Shown piece by piece: positions 38,581-51,800 of a DNA stretch of 64,000 nt. The DNA is from Vitrella brassicaformis CCMP3155 (lineage: Eukaryota; Protista; Chromerida), in assembly GCA_001179505.1 (NCBI GenBank), contig CDMY01000298.1, positions 66,613-130,612 of the forward strand. The letters are read 5' to 3'. The position numbers and the translations under genes are program-made. Each line of letters starts with the position of its first letter. Within the stretch, counting starts at the first letter, position 1. The notes beneath the pieces were generated by a model. It made no database searches. It worked only from the letters and a program-made list of their open reading frames with translations, and was not told the DNA's origin.

Positions 38581-41431
38581 TTATCCCCAGGTGTCGCATA
38601 TGTATCGCCTCTTGGCCTGCAGCTGCAGCAGGAAGCGGTTGGCGTCCTCCTTGCTCATCCCGCCATGCACACCCAGCACCTCCACAAAGGCGTCCCACAC
38701 CTGCGAGGGCATCGGGTGCGCCCGGCCGCACACGTACACCACCGCCCCTCGCCGCAGCAGCAGATCCACCACATCGCCGCCCCGCCTCTCAATCAAGTCC
38801 TGCACGTACTCCTTCCTATAGGGGTCTGTGCGCGAGAAGGCCACCTCGACATCGAGCCACCCCGAGTAGCGGCCCCACTCGGCCTCATACAGGTAGTCCT
38901 TCTCGCGGTGACGGAAGCCGAGGAACAGCATGTCTCGAGGGCTCTTGTGGGGCGGGCTGGTCGACGGATGGTGAAGGTCGCCATTCGCCGGCTGCTGGGC
39001 AGCAGACTGGTGGTCATTGTCTCTAGTGGTGCGGGAGGTCGCTGTGCGGCTGTGCAGCTCCAGCACTGACACACGAAGGCGAGAGCAGGCCATGGTGTTT
39101 TGGTGGTGGCTGTCTGGGTTGCGTACATTGCAGGTGTCTGTATTGTATGACGGCTCTGCATGGCGCCAGGCCAGTGCCCGGGCAGACCATAATGAGCGGC
39201 ACCGACAGCTCAGGAACGCGCTGGATGCCACCGCTCCGCTCAATGCCCACAGGAATCCAATCGCCCGCCTGAACACACACACGCCGCACACACGCACCCA
39301 CTGACTAGACCGTCACCAGAACGTGACACGCGCAGAAGGGGCATCGCGGCATGGCTCACTCACCTTGAGTCGTCGAAAGAATTGGCTGCAGAGACCCACA
39401 ATGTGGCGATCATACCCAGTGGTGTACTCGACCATCGCCGCACAGAGGTCGAGGTCCACAAACCCACCTGCTCCTTCACTCCTGACACCGTCATGGCTAC
39501 CAGCACCTCCGCCGATGACACCAATGCACGGCGCAGGAGGGGGCGGCAGGCGGCTGGCCGTCAGCTTGGTGATGTGCAGGGGCAGAGCCATGCCGCCGCC
39601 TGTGGGTGGGGTGGTCAGGGGGGTCCGCAGCTGCGGCATACTCGACAGCGCCAGAGCTCGCCAGACATCCTTGCGATACCTGATCCATCAACAGACAGTC
39701 TCAGATGGGGATAGACGGATGTGAGTGTGTGTGCTGACCATTGCGGTGCAGATGCGACCGAGTATTTGCGCGGCAGTATGGGTGGGATCATGCTCAGCAG
39801 GTGGTCGAGGGGCGGCGATGCGCTCCCAAAGTCCCACAGGACCTCAGCGAAGGTCCGCCGCTCTGTCTTGCAGTACTCATAGTACTCCTCCTTCGCTTCC
39901 TGCACGCACACATCAACCCAAAGACCATCCGCCATCCACCCGTCCATCGGCCCCCTCTTTGTTTGGCCACCAGTGTGCGTGCGGCGAATTCGCGCAGTTT
40001 CTCGCAGTGCTGTTGGTCAGTGGAGAAGAACGAGAGGTAGTGAAAGAAGAATCGTGGCGGCACCGCTGTGATGTCCAGGTAAAGTGTAAAGACGTCACGG
40101 ATGGAGAGGGAGGTGGGGGGAGGGGGGAAGGGGTTGCGCCGGTCCAGGGCTGCCGTGGGCGTGATCTGGATCACTTGGTTGGGGTTCAACTTCTGGTGCT
40201 CCAGGAAAGAATCGACCAGCCTGACAGGCAGACAGAGAGAGAGACAGAGAGAGAGAGAGAGCGGATTGAGCAGTTCTATGAGCATTTTTTGAGCAGTTTT
40301 GCATCGCTTTGTGGGGAATGTGGGGCATACGTTGGGTCGATGGAAGGCCATACGATGGCCACATCTCCAGGCACATAAATGGTATCGTTCCTCTCAGACG
40401 AATCGCAGCTCAACTGAACGAACAAACACACTCAACTGAACAAACATACCATCCCGTCTCCCCTGCCTCCCTCCTCTCCCGCTCACTCACCCTCAGGTGC
40501 AGATTCTGCACGTCCTGGAAATGGCTCTCCTCTGTCAGGCGCCTCAGATCCATGACCTGTGTCCACCGGATCCTCTCGCCGCCCCGGCCATCATTCTCAT
40601 GCGCGAAGGGAAACTTGAAGTGCCCATGCGACGATGAGGATGACGCCGATGACGACGTGCCACTCCTGGCCCCCGTGGAGACCACGCGTGAGCGATACAT
40701 CGGCTCGGGCATGGAATCGTCTGGGAGGATGGTGAGGCCGTCGGGGATGGGGTGGATGGCGAGGAGGGCCTCCCAGAGCCCCTCCATCCAGGGGTCCAAC
40801 TCGCCCTCAAAGCCAAAGTCGTGCTGGTCGTCACCCAGACCTATCCTGCAAGAACGAACAAAAGCAGACATCACTTTGGGCCACATAGCTGGTCGCTTCG
40901 TCCGCGCTGACCTGTAGAATTCGTGTGCCCCCAGCTGCAGAAGCCTCTTGTGCAGCCGCCTTGCCGCATAGTTGAACTGCCGATAGTGCGAGTCGCCCAG
41001 ACCAAACACAGAGAACCTGACAGGTGCCAATACCCATGCACACCATCACCACACATAAGAGCGGCCGTGGCTGACTGACTCACCTGATGTTTCTGAGGAG
41101 GTTGGGCGGATGGCTGCCTCTCCTCAGGTACGTCCAGAACTTGCGCATGTTGTCAGGCGCATCACCCTGACCTGCAGACAGACATGCACACCAGGCAGAC
41201 AGACAGACAGAAATCACCGGCTGATCTCTCCCTTCACTCATACGCACCAGTAGTGGATGTGACGAACACAACGGTGATCTCGTGTCGGCAGCTCTCATAG
41301 TCAAAGTTATCCATGGGCAGCAGGCGGCACTCGAACCGTCGTCGACGGCCTTCGCGTGCCAGGTCTGCCGCCACCTCAGCCGCACAGCCCGTCTGGCTGC
41401 CGTACAGAATCAACAGACGGCGCGCATCCAT
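38581..41431 (-). CDS. NDOR1: NADPH-dependent diflavin oxidoreductase 1 (Tah18 ortholog, cytosolic Fe-S assembly)
   Basis: Flavodoxin motifs LILYGSQTGCAAEVA, VVFVTSTTG-QGDAPDNMRKFW, FSVFGLGDSHY..FNYAARRLHKRL, IGLGDDQH; FAD/NADPH motifs PRKYSVAS, GLCSQF, LIMVCPGTGLAPCRA, LFLGFRHREKDYLY, AFSR, VYVCG; ends YICDTWG*. Confidence 0.95.
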
Positions 41432-41578
41432 TCTCACACCAGACCCAAAGGCCGCTCCTCTAAGCTCGCAGAGGACGGCTGGGAAGAAGGGCCACGGAGG
41501 CATTGGCATCTTTCCTGTTGGGCTGTCAATCATCTGCTGAGTGGGAAATGCTTTGATCTTTTCCTTCATCTTCCGTCT

Positions 41579-44500
41579 CGATTGACGAAGCCACTGGGGC
41601 AGTGGGCCCGGCTCGTCCAGCCGCAGGGCCGAAGGGTCAGATCTGTCCGCGATGAGCGGTCGGGGCGACGCGCCAAAGGCGCCCGCGTCATCGGGTACAC
41701 CAGTCATGAAAAGATCCGTCCGCAGACTCACACAAACACATGAAATGTGCCATACTCTCTGTGGCTGCTGTGTGCTGTCACCAGGTGCCAGTGACGTCAT
41801 GCGTGAGCTTCCCAGGACAACCGCTGGAGGCCCAGGGCGAATGGCATCCACCGCACCCCAGACACCCCACGCACACGGCAGCCCATCGCCAGCTGGTATT
41901 CCTGGGCAGTCGCCGCCCCCACAGGATCCCCCGCAGCCCACCAACCAGCCGTCCCCCGACCCCCGCACACCTCAGAACCATCGCGGCACCATCGAGTCTG
42001 GCGGTCCCTCTGGTGGAGGTCAGGGAGTCGAGAGCGGTGGGGCGTGTGGCGAGGGCGATGGTCGAGGAGCGGCAGCAGGGGTCGCCGCGGCCGCGGCAGC
42101 AGACCTCTCACTCTCAAGTGGTAAGCCGTACCGACTCGTAGATGTCCGTCATCGCGGTGTGTGTTGTTGTTGACTTCAGTGACCGACAAGGATGAAGAGG
42201 ATGCCCAGGGTGATGAAGAGGGTGGTGCTGGTGGTGGTGGTAGTGGTGAAGGGAAACAGGAGGACCGTCGCATCGTCCTTGCCCGCCAGAAGGCCATGAA
42301 GGGCAAGCACGGTGGCGACGGCGATGAGGAATACACGCCCGGCGAAGATGGTATTCACTGTACACCATGACCTGTCTTGTGTGGTTCATGGTGGACTCAT
42401 GTGTCTGTCATGCAGATCTGGCTGAGCATCAGGAGCTCGCCATCGAGGAGAAGGAGCAGGGTGAGCAGGAGGACGGTGTACCTGCTGCCGCTGCTGCTGC
42501 TGGTGGTGCCAGTGTTGTGCCGGCCGCCGCTGCTGCTGCAGGGGTCAGGCGGATGACCACCTCTGCGCCTCCTGCAGACAGCACTACGAGATGACCGCAA
42601 CCAAGAAGCGGTACAGCAGAAGCATCTTCGCCCGCCTCCGCCAGTCCCACCCGGACGTGCAGCTCACCTTCACACCCATCCCCCACCAAACCCCCGACCA
42701 AGACGCCGTGACCGTCACCATGGGCCCCTTCACCGACAGCAACGGCGAGGCCTTTTACGTGCCGGAGGTCGTGACCCGTTCGGCACGCAAGAGGAAGAGC
42801 CTTATGGGCTGGTACTTTAACACCCTTTGCCAGAAGGCCAAGAGGGCGATTGAAGACCCTCCCGACCACCACGATTACTTCGACGAGGACGAGGATGGCA
42901 CAAGAGTGTTCGTCCAGCGAAGTAAGTGGCTGGCTGGCTTCCACACACACACAACCGGAAGCATGGCGGGCGGGTTCCGCCTGTATGTGTGTGTCGCAGG
43001 GGTCAAGCCGAAGGCCAAGGCCAAGGCCAACAACGTCAGGCGACGGGCGCCAGCAGGTGGGACACCCACCCAAAGAGACCGTTTGGACTGCACGAGACCT
43101 TCTGGTTGCGTAAATGGGTGAATGCAGTGGCTGAGGAGATGGGCGACGGCGAGCAGCAGCAAGTGGACGAACATGCGATGGCGGCTGCTGCCGCGAATGG
43201 GCCGCCCTTCCCCTGGCATCCCATGTGGCCCTTCGACCATCCGCCTCCCCCGTTCTGGCCACCACCGCCATACTTCTACGGTGCGCTCGGACACACGAAC
43301 AGACGGCCGAAGTGATGCACAGATGCATATTTCTCTCGATGGCTGCATGTTGGGGACAGATCACGGCGGCATTGCTGTGGAAGGCCCCCCATTGCCGCCA
43401 GGAGTCACAACGGGCCATACATCCAACCAGGTGATTGCATGAGTGAGTGGACAGCGCCCAGCGATCCTTTACGTCTTGTTGTGTTTCCATTTCCGTCAAG
43501 TGTTCGTCCCCCGGCGAACTCGGCTGCACCGCCGCATCGCCCTCCCCCTGTGCCCCCGCCACCACCAGCTGCCGCCCCCATGGCTCTCCAGCCGGCTGCA
43601 GGCGGCCCCACAACCCCTGTGTCGGCTGCTGAGGACGCACCGATGGATGACGCCACCAACCAGATGCCCCAGGGCGAGGCTGTGCTCTTTCCACAGCAGC
43701 CGCAGCCACAGCCACTAGCGGCCGATGAGGACCAGCAGCACGACGATGACGCCGTGCCCGACGCGCAGCACGATCCCCAGCACCAGCAGCCGCAAGAGGA
43801 TCCGCAGATGAACGGCAACCAGGACGAGCAACCAGAGGCACGCGACCACCGGCAGCAGCACGAGGATGACGCGATGCATGACAGGCAGCAGCAGCAGCAG
43901 CAGCAACAACAAGAGGGTCGACAGGTCGATGGCACAGCACATGCCGCCGCAGCACCATCACCCGCACCACAGGCACCGTCGAGCCGTCCACCAAACGGTG
44001 AAGACAGGCCTGCAACCGTGCCTAGTGGGGACGAGTCACCGCCCCAGGCGGCCGCTGTGTCGACCAGGGATGAGGGAGGGCAGCCGGGCGGCAATCGGCC
44101 AGACCAAGGAGGGGGGCAGGGCGGGGAGGCGGCCGCTGCTCGTGTCCGTGGCCGAGTCAAGACTGAGGCCGGCGCAGGGGCAGCCACGGGCGGTGGGGGT
44201 GCCAACCAACAGCAGCAAGGTGCCCCCAAGGCCAGAGCCCGGAGGCCGCCGCAGAGGAAGCAGAGTGTGCCTGCTGGGTATCTGGAGCGTCAGCTGGTCA
44301 ACCTCGACCACCAGCAGCTGGTTAAAGCGCTGGAGCGGGATGAGAGCGAGCTGGCAAGAAGCGTGCTGCAGATCGTCAGAAAGGTATGTGGGGGCAGACA
44401 GGCAGACAGAGAAACAGACAGACGGCTAGATGTTTGTGTGTGTCATCTCTCTGCAGAGTGGCTTTAAGGGGTCTCAATAGCAGAAGATGATGGGCAAGAC

Positions 44501-44790
44501 GGCGCCCCAGATCAACACCGAATTTCTGGGGAACACCGTCGGACAGGCACTCGACCTCTCCGACTGGGTACACAAGATATACAATGAGCACAACGTAAGT
44601 CAAACAGCCCTCAAGTCGACCGTCTCAGCGTGTGCGTGTGCGTGTGCGTGTGCGTGTGTGTCGGTGTCGGTGTCGGTGTGTCGGTGTGCCTTGCACACGC
44701 AGGGCCGCCTGTGGGTGCCCAAGGCACTGCCTGTCATCAAGCAGGAGCAAGACGACGCAGCAGACCCGCCTCCGGGTGCGCACATGCTGC
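41579..44790 (+). repeat. Left arm of a diverged inverted duplication of about 3.3 kb
   Basis: Homologous to the reverse complement of 50530-53938, from GATTGACGAAGC about 70 bp upstream of the ATG through the same series of exons and introns. Confidence 0.9.
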
Positions 44791-46480
44791 TAACGGCACG
44801 CTCACCACGAGGGCTGACACACATACACACACACACACTGTGGTGATGTGCTGTGTGTGATTTCACTCACCCAGACGTCCCACGTCCAGCAGCAGGCTCT
44901 GTTGACCGCTCTCGTTCCCCCCGTGGCCGCGTGTTGCAATCTGCCGACAGAGCCAGAGGCCACCGTCACCGTAGCCGTGACAACGACCATGACGATGAGG
45001 ATGAGGGCGGCCGCTCCACAGAGCGGCCAAGGGGGAGAGAGTACGCCTACCGCCCAGACAGATCACATGATCCAGACACCCACCCATCCTGGCTGCTGGC
45101 CTGTCTGTCTGTCTGTCTGTTTGTTTGTCTGTCGGTCTGTTCATCAGCCGTCGTCGCTCGCGCTCACGTGACCGCTACCGACACGAGGTAAGTGAGCTGC
45201 CGGCTGACCTGCCTGCTTCATGATCGCCGAGTAATCGTACTTGTGTGTGTGTGTGTGGGATGGATGGATCGGTGCAGGATCGTCGCAGTCGCAGCCCGGG
45301 TCGCGGACATCGATACGAGGGCCCACGTGAGCACACAACACACACACCGCACCGAACCACACTGTGCTGCCTGATGCCATATGTATATGATCTGTCTGGT
45401 GCATGCCTGCATTCAGTGCCCCCTCCTGCGTCGCGTGTGGCGGGCCACCGGGGCCGCAGCGGCCGCCGACCGCACTCTCCCCATGACGACTACAGACGGG
45501 ATGACCGACAATCACACCGACAGGTGTGTGCCTGGGAAGGCGGGCACCACACACAAGTAACTGCCATTCCCTCACGGCATACTTGCATCCATCAGGGCTA
45601 TGCGGGCCGGCGCTCTCCTCCTCCCCGCCGCCGACTGTCGCCTCGTCCCTTCTCACGTGGACGGCGGGCGCGGTCAGACCGATCGGACAGCGCTGGCAGA
45701 GATGGGTGAGATGTCTGACTCTTGATTCGACATGGACACAACGTGTGGTGGTCAGATGTCGATGAGCACTTGCCTGCGTGCTATGGTGTGTGTCAGGCCG
45801 CCTTTTGGCCGGCCGCATGGCCCCCCCTCACCTCGACGCCCACCTCATCCCTGGTCGCCGTCGCCCCGTCGCTGCAATCGGTCACGCTCACGCTCGCCGA
45901 TTCCGCGAGCCAGGAGCCCACCGAATGAGAAGGCAACAGACACAGTAGGCAGCAAACACCACACACAACCATGCGACCTCATTGGTGGTCTCTGTCTGTC
46001 TGTCTTGTGTGTGTGACATCGCTGCAGATAGTGGTTGAGGGGTGGTCCCCCCATGACCCTCTATGCCAACTGGAGAAACTGGCCACAGAGGTACGTGTGT
46101 AGGCACCCCCCCCCCCGCTTGTGTGTTAATTGTCTGTCTGTCTGTCTGTCTGTCTGCCCACATGGACAGGGGCTGCCTGCAAGCTGCAATCCTCCTTTGG
46201 ATGTCCGCCGAGAAGCGGGGGAGAGCGATGCGGTTCAGAGGCTGTGCTTCATTCAGTTCAGCACCGTCGACGAAGCCAGTGAGTTCCTCGAGGTGAGCTT
46301 GCAGAAACGAGTGGGTCGACAAATCCGTGCACGCATTCTCTCTCGCTCATATGTCTGTGCCAGGCGCACCGTGTCAACGCGCCGTGCCGCCATGGGCTGG
46401 TGCGGGGCGAGGAGTTCTACCCCTTGCAGTACTCGAGGCGCAACTCATCCAAACCCAAGAACAGTCTGGATGTCGCGTGA
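41652..46480 (+). pseudogene. Paralog A: unknown domain + SAM-like domain + RS-rich region + RBM5/10-like RRM; disabled by a frameshift and a nonsense codon
   Basis: Same exon structure as paralog B. G-run at 42541-42544 has 4 G versus 5 in B (frameshift); in-frame TAG at 44478-44480. Downstream exons stay in phase: DRRRSRSRDRYRHE...ATDTIVVEGWSP...LCFIQFSTVDEASEFLE...YPLQYSRR...SLDVA*. Confidence 0.7.
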
Positions 46481-46600
46481 AGGACAGAAGATGGGTGGAT
46501 GCGTGCGTGATGTCGGGGGGCATTGATGGGGCGTGCAGGGGGGCTGTGGTCTCCATTCCACCCGGCACGGTTTTTGCAGCAGGTCATGTTTCACGAGCCC

Positions 46601-47030
46601 CGTGGCTGAATCGGGAGTGGGTGAGTGATGGGAGAGAGGGAGGGAGGGAGGGTGGTGCGACCAAAGGGTGTCTGTCTTTAGCCAGTAGGTCTGCGGACGC
46701 ACAGGGCTCAGACCTACTCGGCTGGCGCATGAGTGGGCACGTGTGTGGATGTGTGTTTTTGTATGTGCGCCGTCGTGGGCTGATGCGGCACGAGTACTTC
46801 TTCCGCAGCTCCACAATGTCGCGTGTGAGTTGCGTGACTGACAAGATGCAACACAGCTGCATAGTGCAGGCCATGCATTTTCCAACCACGTTCTTGCCAT
46901 CGCCCGCACGTGGCTGATTTGGGAGTGAGTGGGTGATGGGAGAGACGGAGGGAGGGAGGGAGGCAGGGAGGGAGGGAGGGTGATCCAAGGGGGTCTGTCT
47001 TTCCTTAGCCAGTAAGTAGGTCTGCAGAGG
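46601..47030. repeat. Local imperfect direct duplication of about 100 bp
   Basis: cgtggctga..gggagtg..gtgatgggagaga(ggga)n..ccaa.gg..tctgtcttt..agccagta..ggtctgc occurs at about 46601-46697 and again at about 46910-47030. Confidence 0.7.
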
Positions 47031-48813
47031 CATACGGCGTGGACATGCTCAGCGAGTGCATGCGTGTGTGTGTGTGAGTGTATTTGTATATCTAAATGCG
47101 TTCCTTCCTGTCTTGGCTGGCGGCTTTATATGCAGCATGTCAGCATGTTAGTCAGAATGGCTGTCTCACTGTGTGTGTATGTGTGTATGGTGTGCCTTGA
47201 TGCGAACGACCCTCACAGACAGGTGTGCGTGTATGCCCAAAGGTAAGGTACGGTAGCCTGACGAGTGAGAGAGAGTGCCGGCGTGGGTGTGTGGGTGTGT
47301 GCATGTGGCCTCACCCACCCCCCAACCCACCCGCTGTCCGGTCTTTGCCAACGAGTGGAAAGTGTATTTGTATCTATTGCGTCACGTGTGCAATGTGTGT
47401 GTGTGTGTGTGCGTCTAATCGCCTTTGGGTGATCTACATCTGGCTCCTGCTATCGCTGTGACCTTTCTTTTGTATCAAGGCGTCGGACGGGACGGGCTGC
47501 GAGAGAACGTGCACTCATCTGTTGTCGAGCAGTGAGGGGCCATGACGCATTCGTGGACTGGACCGCTGGATCATTCCACCGGCCACCCATGAATCTGCTG
47601 AGCCTTGCTGTGCGCCAGATGTGTGCCTTATTGTATGTGTGTATGTAGCGTCTTGATGCCAGTTGTTGCTGCTCCCAAGGGATCCCAGTTTGTGTGGCGA
47701 GGCGAGAGAGCCAGGGAGAGACAGTGCGGGTGGAGGGGCGTGCGTGTCGGGCTGCAAGGAATATTTGTGTATGTTGCGTGATATGTGTGCATGTGAATTT
47801 AAGGGCTGTGACGTACCTTCTGTGTCGTTATGATGAAGGTGTGGCGCGGCCTGCGGTGCGGTAGTGGCCTTGTGTGAGAGTGAGTGAGTCAATCAATCTT
47901 TTTTGGAACCAACAGACGTGAGGGGCTGGATGGACAGACAGATGGACTGATCCATCCATCGCGCCATGAGTGTATTTGTGAGTTCGATTGTCCGTCCTAC
48001 TCAAAACAGTGAGTCCATCAGTTGAGCGGTCACTCACTGTCTGGCACACATGAGCCCTCATCACGCCATCCGATGTCCTTCCTCGACGCCGAAAAGCCCT
48101 TAAATCTATGGCACACATGCACACAGATGCACTGACTGCATGAGAGTGAGGCGCCCCAGAGAGCTCACGCACCCACCCCCGCCCGCACTCACTCTCTCTT
48201 CGTGTCACTCAGACGCCACCGCACCGTCAGAAAGCCCTTCAATGCACACATACGGCACACGTACGTCACGCAATAAAAGACAAATACACCGGAGAGTCAG
48301 TGGGTGGGACCACATGCACACCGACGCCCGCACCCTCTCTCTCTCTCTCTCTCTCCCTTCCCCCCTTTGGACAGCGGTTGATACGTATACATGTGTGTAC
48401 ACCTACCTGTCTGTGAGAGTCATTGCATCCTGCCAGGCCAGGTGTGTACACCCCACCCCGCATACACAAACGATGAATCGAGCGATGAGTGAGAGGTGCT
48501 TACATACATATTAACATGCAGACACTATGCTGTATATGAAGCACCTCCGGTCAACACACACACACACATGCACATGCACACATGCGCAAGATAGAAGACA
48601 CTGTTGAAGGGCACAACGCAGGCAGAGAAATACGCACAATGCGAATCTCTTCAACTCACTATGTCCCCCTGCCCTCCGACACACGCTGTCGCATGAGCCA
48701 AGAATCGGGCTCGCATCACATTTGATCCGTCTACACCAAATCTGTTCACAAGAACTCCCTCCCTCCCTCCCTCTACCTCCCTGTCTGTCTACTGCCGCCC
48801 GCTAGTGTGTCGC

Positions 48814-51800
48814 TCAATAGGGGGCCGCTCGATACGAGCCATCACTAATACCACCCCAGTAGTGCTGATTGCTGTCCCTCTGTGGTCCATAGCACGATGC
48901 TGCTGCTGCTGCCGCCGCCGCTGCTGCGGGTGAAGGCAGCAGCGGCGGCAGTAGAGTGGGTGTGTGTTGGTGTAGATGGGGGGAATGATGGTTGGGGTGA
49001 GTCAACGGGCGGGCGCTGGCCACCATCACAGACACAGACAGGACAGAGACAGACAGCACGGAGTGGGTCGCGTGGCGCCGCACATTCATGTAGTCAGCTT
49101 GTCTCCTTCCTCACTCACCTGGGACAAGCACCTGTGGCCACTTGTGGGTGTGTTGGGCCGTGGCCACCTGGCACACACACCCACACCACACCGACACACA
49201 CATAAGACATACCAACACAACGCGACATCAAGAGATACTCTACGTACCTGGATTGCCTCCCCCTATGGGTTTGGGGGCGTCCATCGAATGGCCAGCCCCA
49301 CCCGCCTTGACGCCACCAGGAACGGCCACCTTGCACTGAACCTGACACACACGAAATGTCCCCGTCTGTCTGTTGAGAGAGGGAGCGAAAGACCAAACAG
49401 ACGCAGCGTCTGACCTGCTTGCAATTGATCCAGTGCGACTGCTGGCTGAGCACCCTCTGCATGGTAGACTTTTCATGGAATACGACGAAGCCAAATCCCC
49501 GCGGACGGCCTGAACACACACACACACACGGACACACACGGACACACACGGACACACACACACACACATACACACAGAGAGAGAGAGAGAGAGAGTCAGC
49601 ACCAACCAGTGTGGCTGTGGCTGTGGCTCTCGCACACCGACCGGTAATTGGGTCCGTGACGAGAAACGCATTGCGCACGGGGCCATAGTTCGCAAAGTAC
49701 GCACGGAATTGGGCTGAAAGAATGAACGAAGACAACGACAGAGACAGATGGATGAGTCGCTGCCCACCCACCACTCCCGCGGGCCCTCTTACCCGCTGTG
49801 AGTCCGTGCGGCAGTCCGCCGACAAACATCTTGTTGTTGTTGGCCTCCTCACCAGATGAAGATGCAGCAGGGGCCGCGACTGCATCCATCGTCTGAGCGA
49901 GCGTGACCCACTGATGGGGCGGAGAAAGTGATTCGCTTTGCCGGGACAGTGCGCTGCCGGCTCCAGCGAGCTGGCCCAAACTGTGCATACACACGCCCGA
50001 AGTACAGTACACCTAACTCGTCCATTACACACTCACTTGGGTGGTGGTGGCTGCTCGTGGAAGCCGTTGGTGAAGGAAGGCGGATGTGGTACTTGTAGCT
50101 GGCTCGTGTTGCCTCCTGCTGCTACTACTGCTGCTGCTGCCGCCGCTGGAGGGGTTGGAGATGAGAACATGGCCGCGCCCGGCGATTCAGGTGGTGCCGG
50201 TGGTGGGTAGTTCGGTGGACCACCTGCACATGGGACGGACCACCCGCACCACACGCGCCAAAAATGAGTGGTTGTCGACGCTCTATGGGTTATATAAATC
50301 GGCTTCCCATCTACTCACCGACGGGAGCAGCAGGCGGCGGCGGGTACCCGAAGATGGGCTGAGTGCCATAGCTAGGATGGCCATGTGGGTGTGGGTACGG
50401 CTGCACTTGGGCGTGGCTGTCGTCTGCCGGTGCTGCAGGGGGCGATGAGGGCGGGGGAGGGGGCGGGCCGTCTGAACGAACGAGGCACACCAAACACACT
50501 GTGACAATCCGCCGGCTGGTGCGTGTGTGAGTGCCCTTTTGCGCACCTTGATTTGGGTCATCTTGGTCTTGCTCAGGCTCCTCGGTGGGCTCCTCCTTGG
50601 TAGGAATGGGCACCCACACCAAGCCCTGCACGTGCACAAGACACGCACACACGTATTCGGCTGAGTGAGTGAGTGAGTGAGTGAGGGCGTCGGTTACCCT
50701 TTGGTTGTCGTAGATGTGTTTGAGCCAGTTGCAGAGGTCGATCGCCTGCCCCAGGTTGCCGAGGTATTCGGTGTTGATTTGACTCGCCGTCTTGCCACTC
50801 ATCTGGTGCAGATGATATCCCTTGAGCCCACTCTGAGGAATCGTATACATACAAAGACATCCATTCATCGACCACCCCCCCTGTCTGTCTGTTTCTGTGT
50901 CTGCCTGTCTGCCCCCACATACCTTTTTGACGATCTGCAGCACGCTTCTTGCCAGCTCGCTCTCATCCCGCTCCAGCGCTTCAACCAGCTGCTGGTGGTC
51001 GAGGTTGACCAGCTGACGCTCCACACACCCAACAGGCTTCTTCTGCGGCTGCCGACCAGCTCTGGCCTTGGGGGCACCTTGCTGCTGTTGGTTGGCACCC
51101 CCACCACCCCTGGCGGCCTCTGCGCCGCCCTCAGTCTTGACGCGGACACCGACACGAGCAGCGGCCGCCAGCCCTCCCTGCCCCCCTCCTTGGCCTGGCC
51201 GGTTACCGCCCGGTTGCTCTCCGCCATCCCTGGTCGACACAGCGGCCGCCTGGGGCGGCTCGGCCCCACCGCCCCTCTCCTCAGTCGGCTGCTGCTGCTG
51301 CTGGCCGTCATCGATGACGACTGGCTCTCGCTGCTGCTGATTGCAACCTTCACCAGCAGCAGCCGACCCACGTGAGGCGCCCGAGCCTCCGTTGCCAGGC
51401 GGACGGCTCGATGGTGCCGGCGGTGTGGGTGACGCGGGTGGTGGTAGTGGTGCTCCTGCGGCGGCAGCATGTGCTTGTGCGGGGGACTCAGATGGGTGTC
51501 GTTTCACTCGTTTCTTGGGTGGTGATTTGGGTAGCGGGCGGCTGTCCCTGTCCCTGTCCCTGTCCTTGTCCTTGTCCTTGTCTTTCTTCTTGCCGCCCTC
51601 CTTGTCCTTGTCCCTGTCTTTCTTGTTCTTCTTCTGTTTGCCGTTCTTCTTAATTGACATGCCCGCCCTGACGTCCTCCTTCAAACTTTCCCCCGGTGAC
51701 GATGCCACATCGCTGTCAGGGGGCACATGCTTGCGCTTCTTGCCCCTCGTCCTTGGACTCGCAGCGGCGGCCGGCGCCTCCTGCTCGCCTTCCCTCTCGT

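Noticed and set aside
42429-44015. 528-aa minus-strand ORF and many other long ORFs in the track (e.g. 29986-31089, 12027-12866)
   Set aside because: Antisense or off-frame shadows of GC-rich coding exons, or read-through of microsatellite introns ([20 protein letters not shown]).
4527-44480. Stop-codon reassignment (TAG as Gln) suggested by in-frame TAGs at 4527, 27167 and 44478
   Set aside because: Two of the three genes also carry frameshifts, conserved genes in the window show no internal TAG, and TAG is used as a real terminator (33204-33206).
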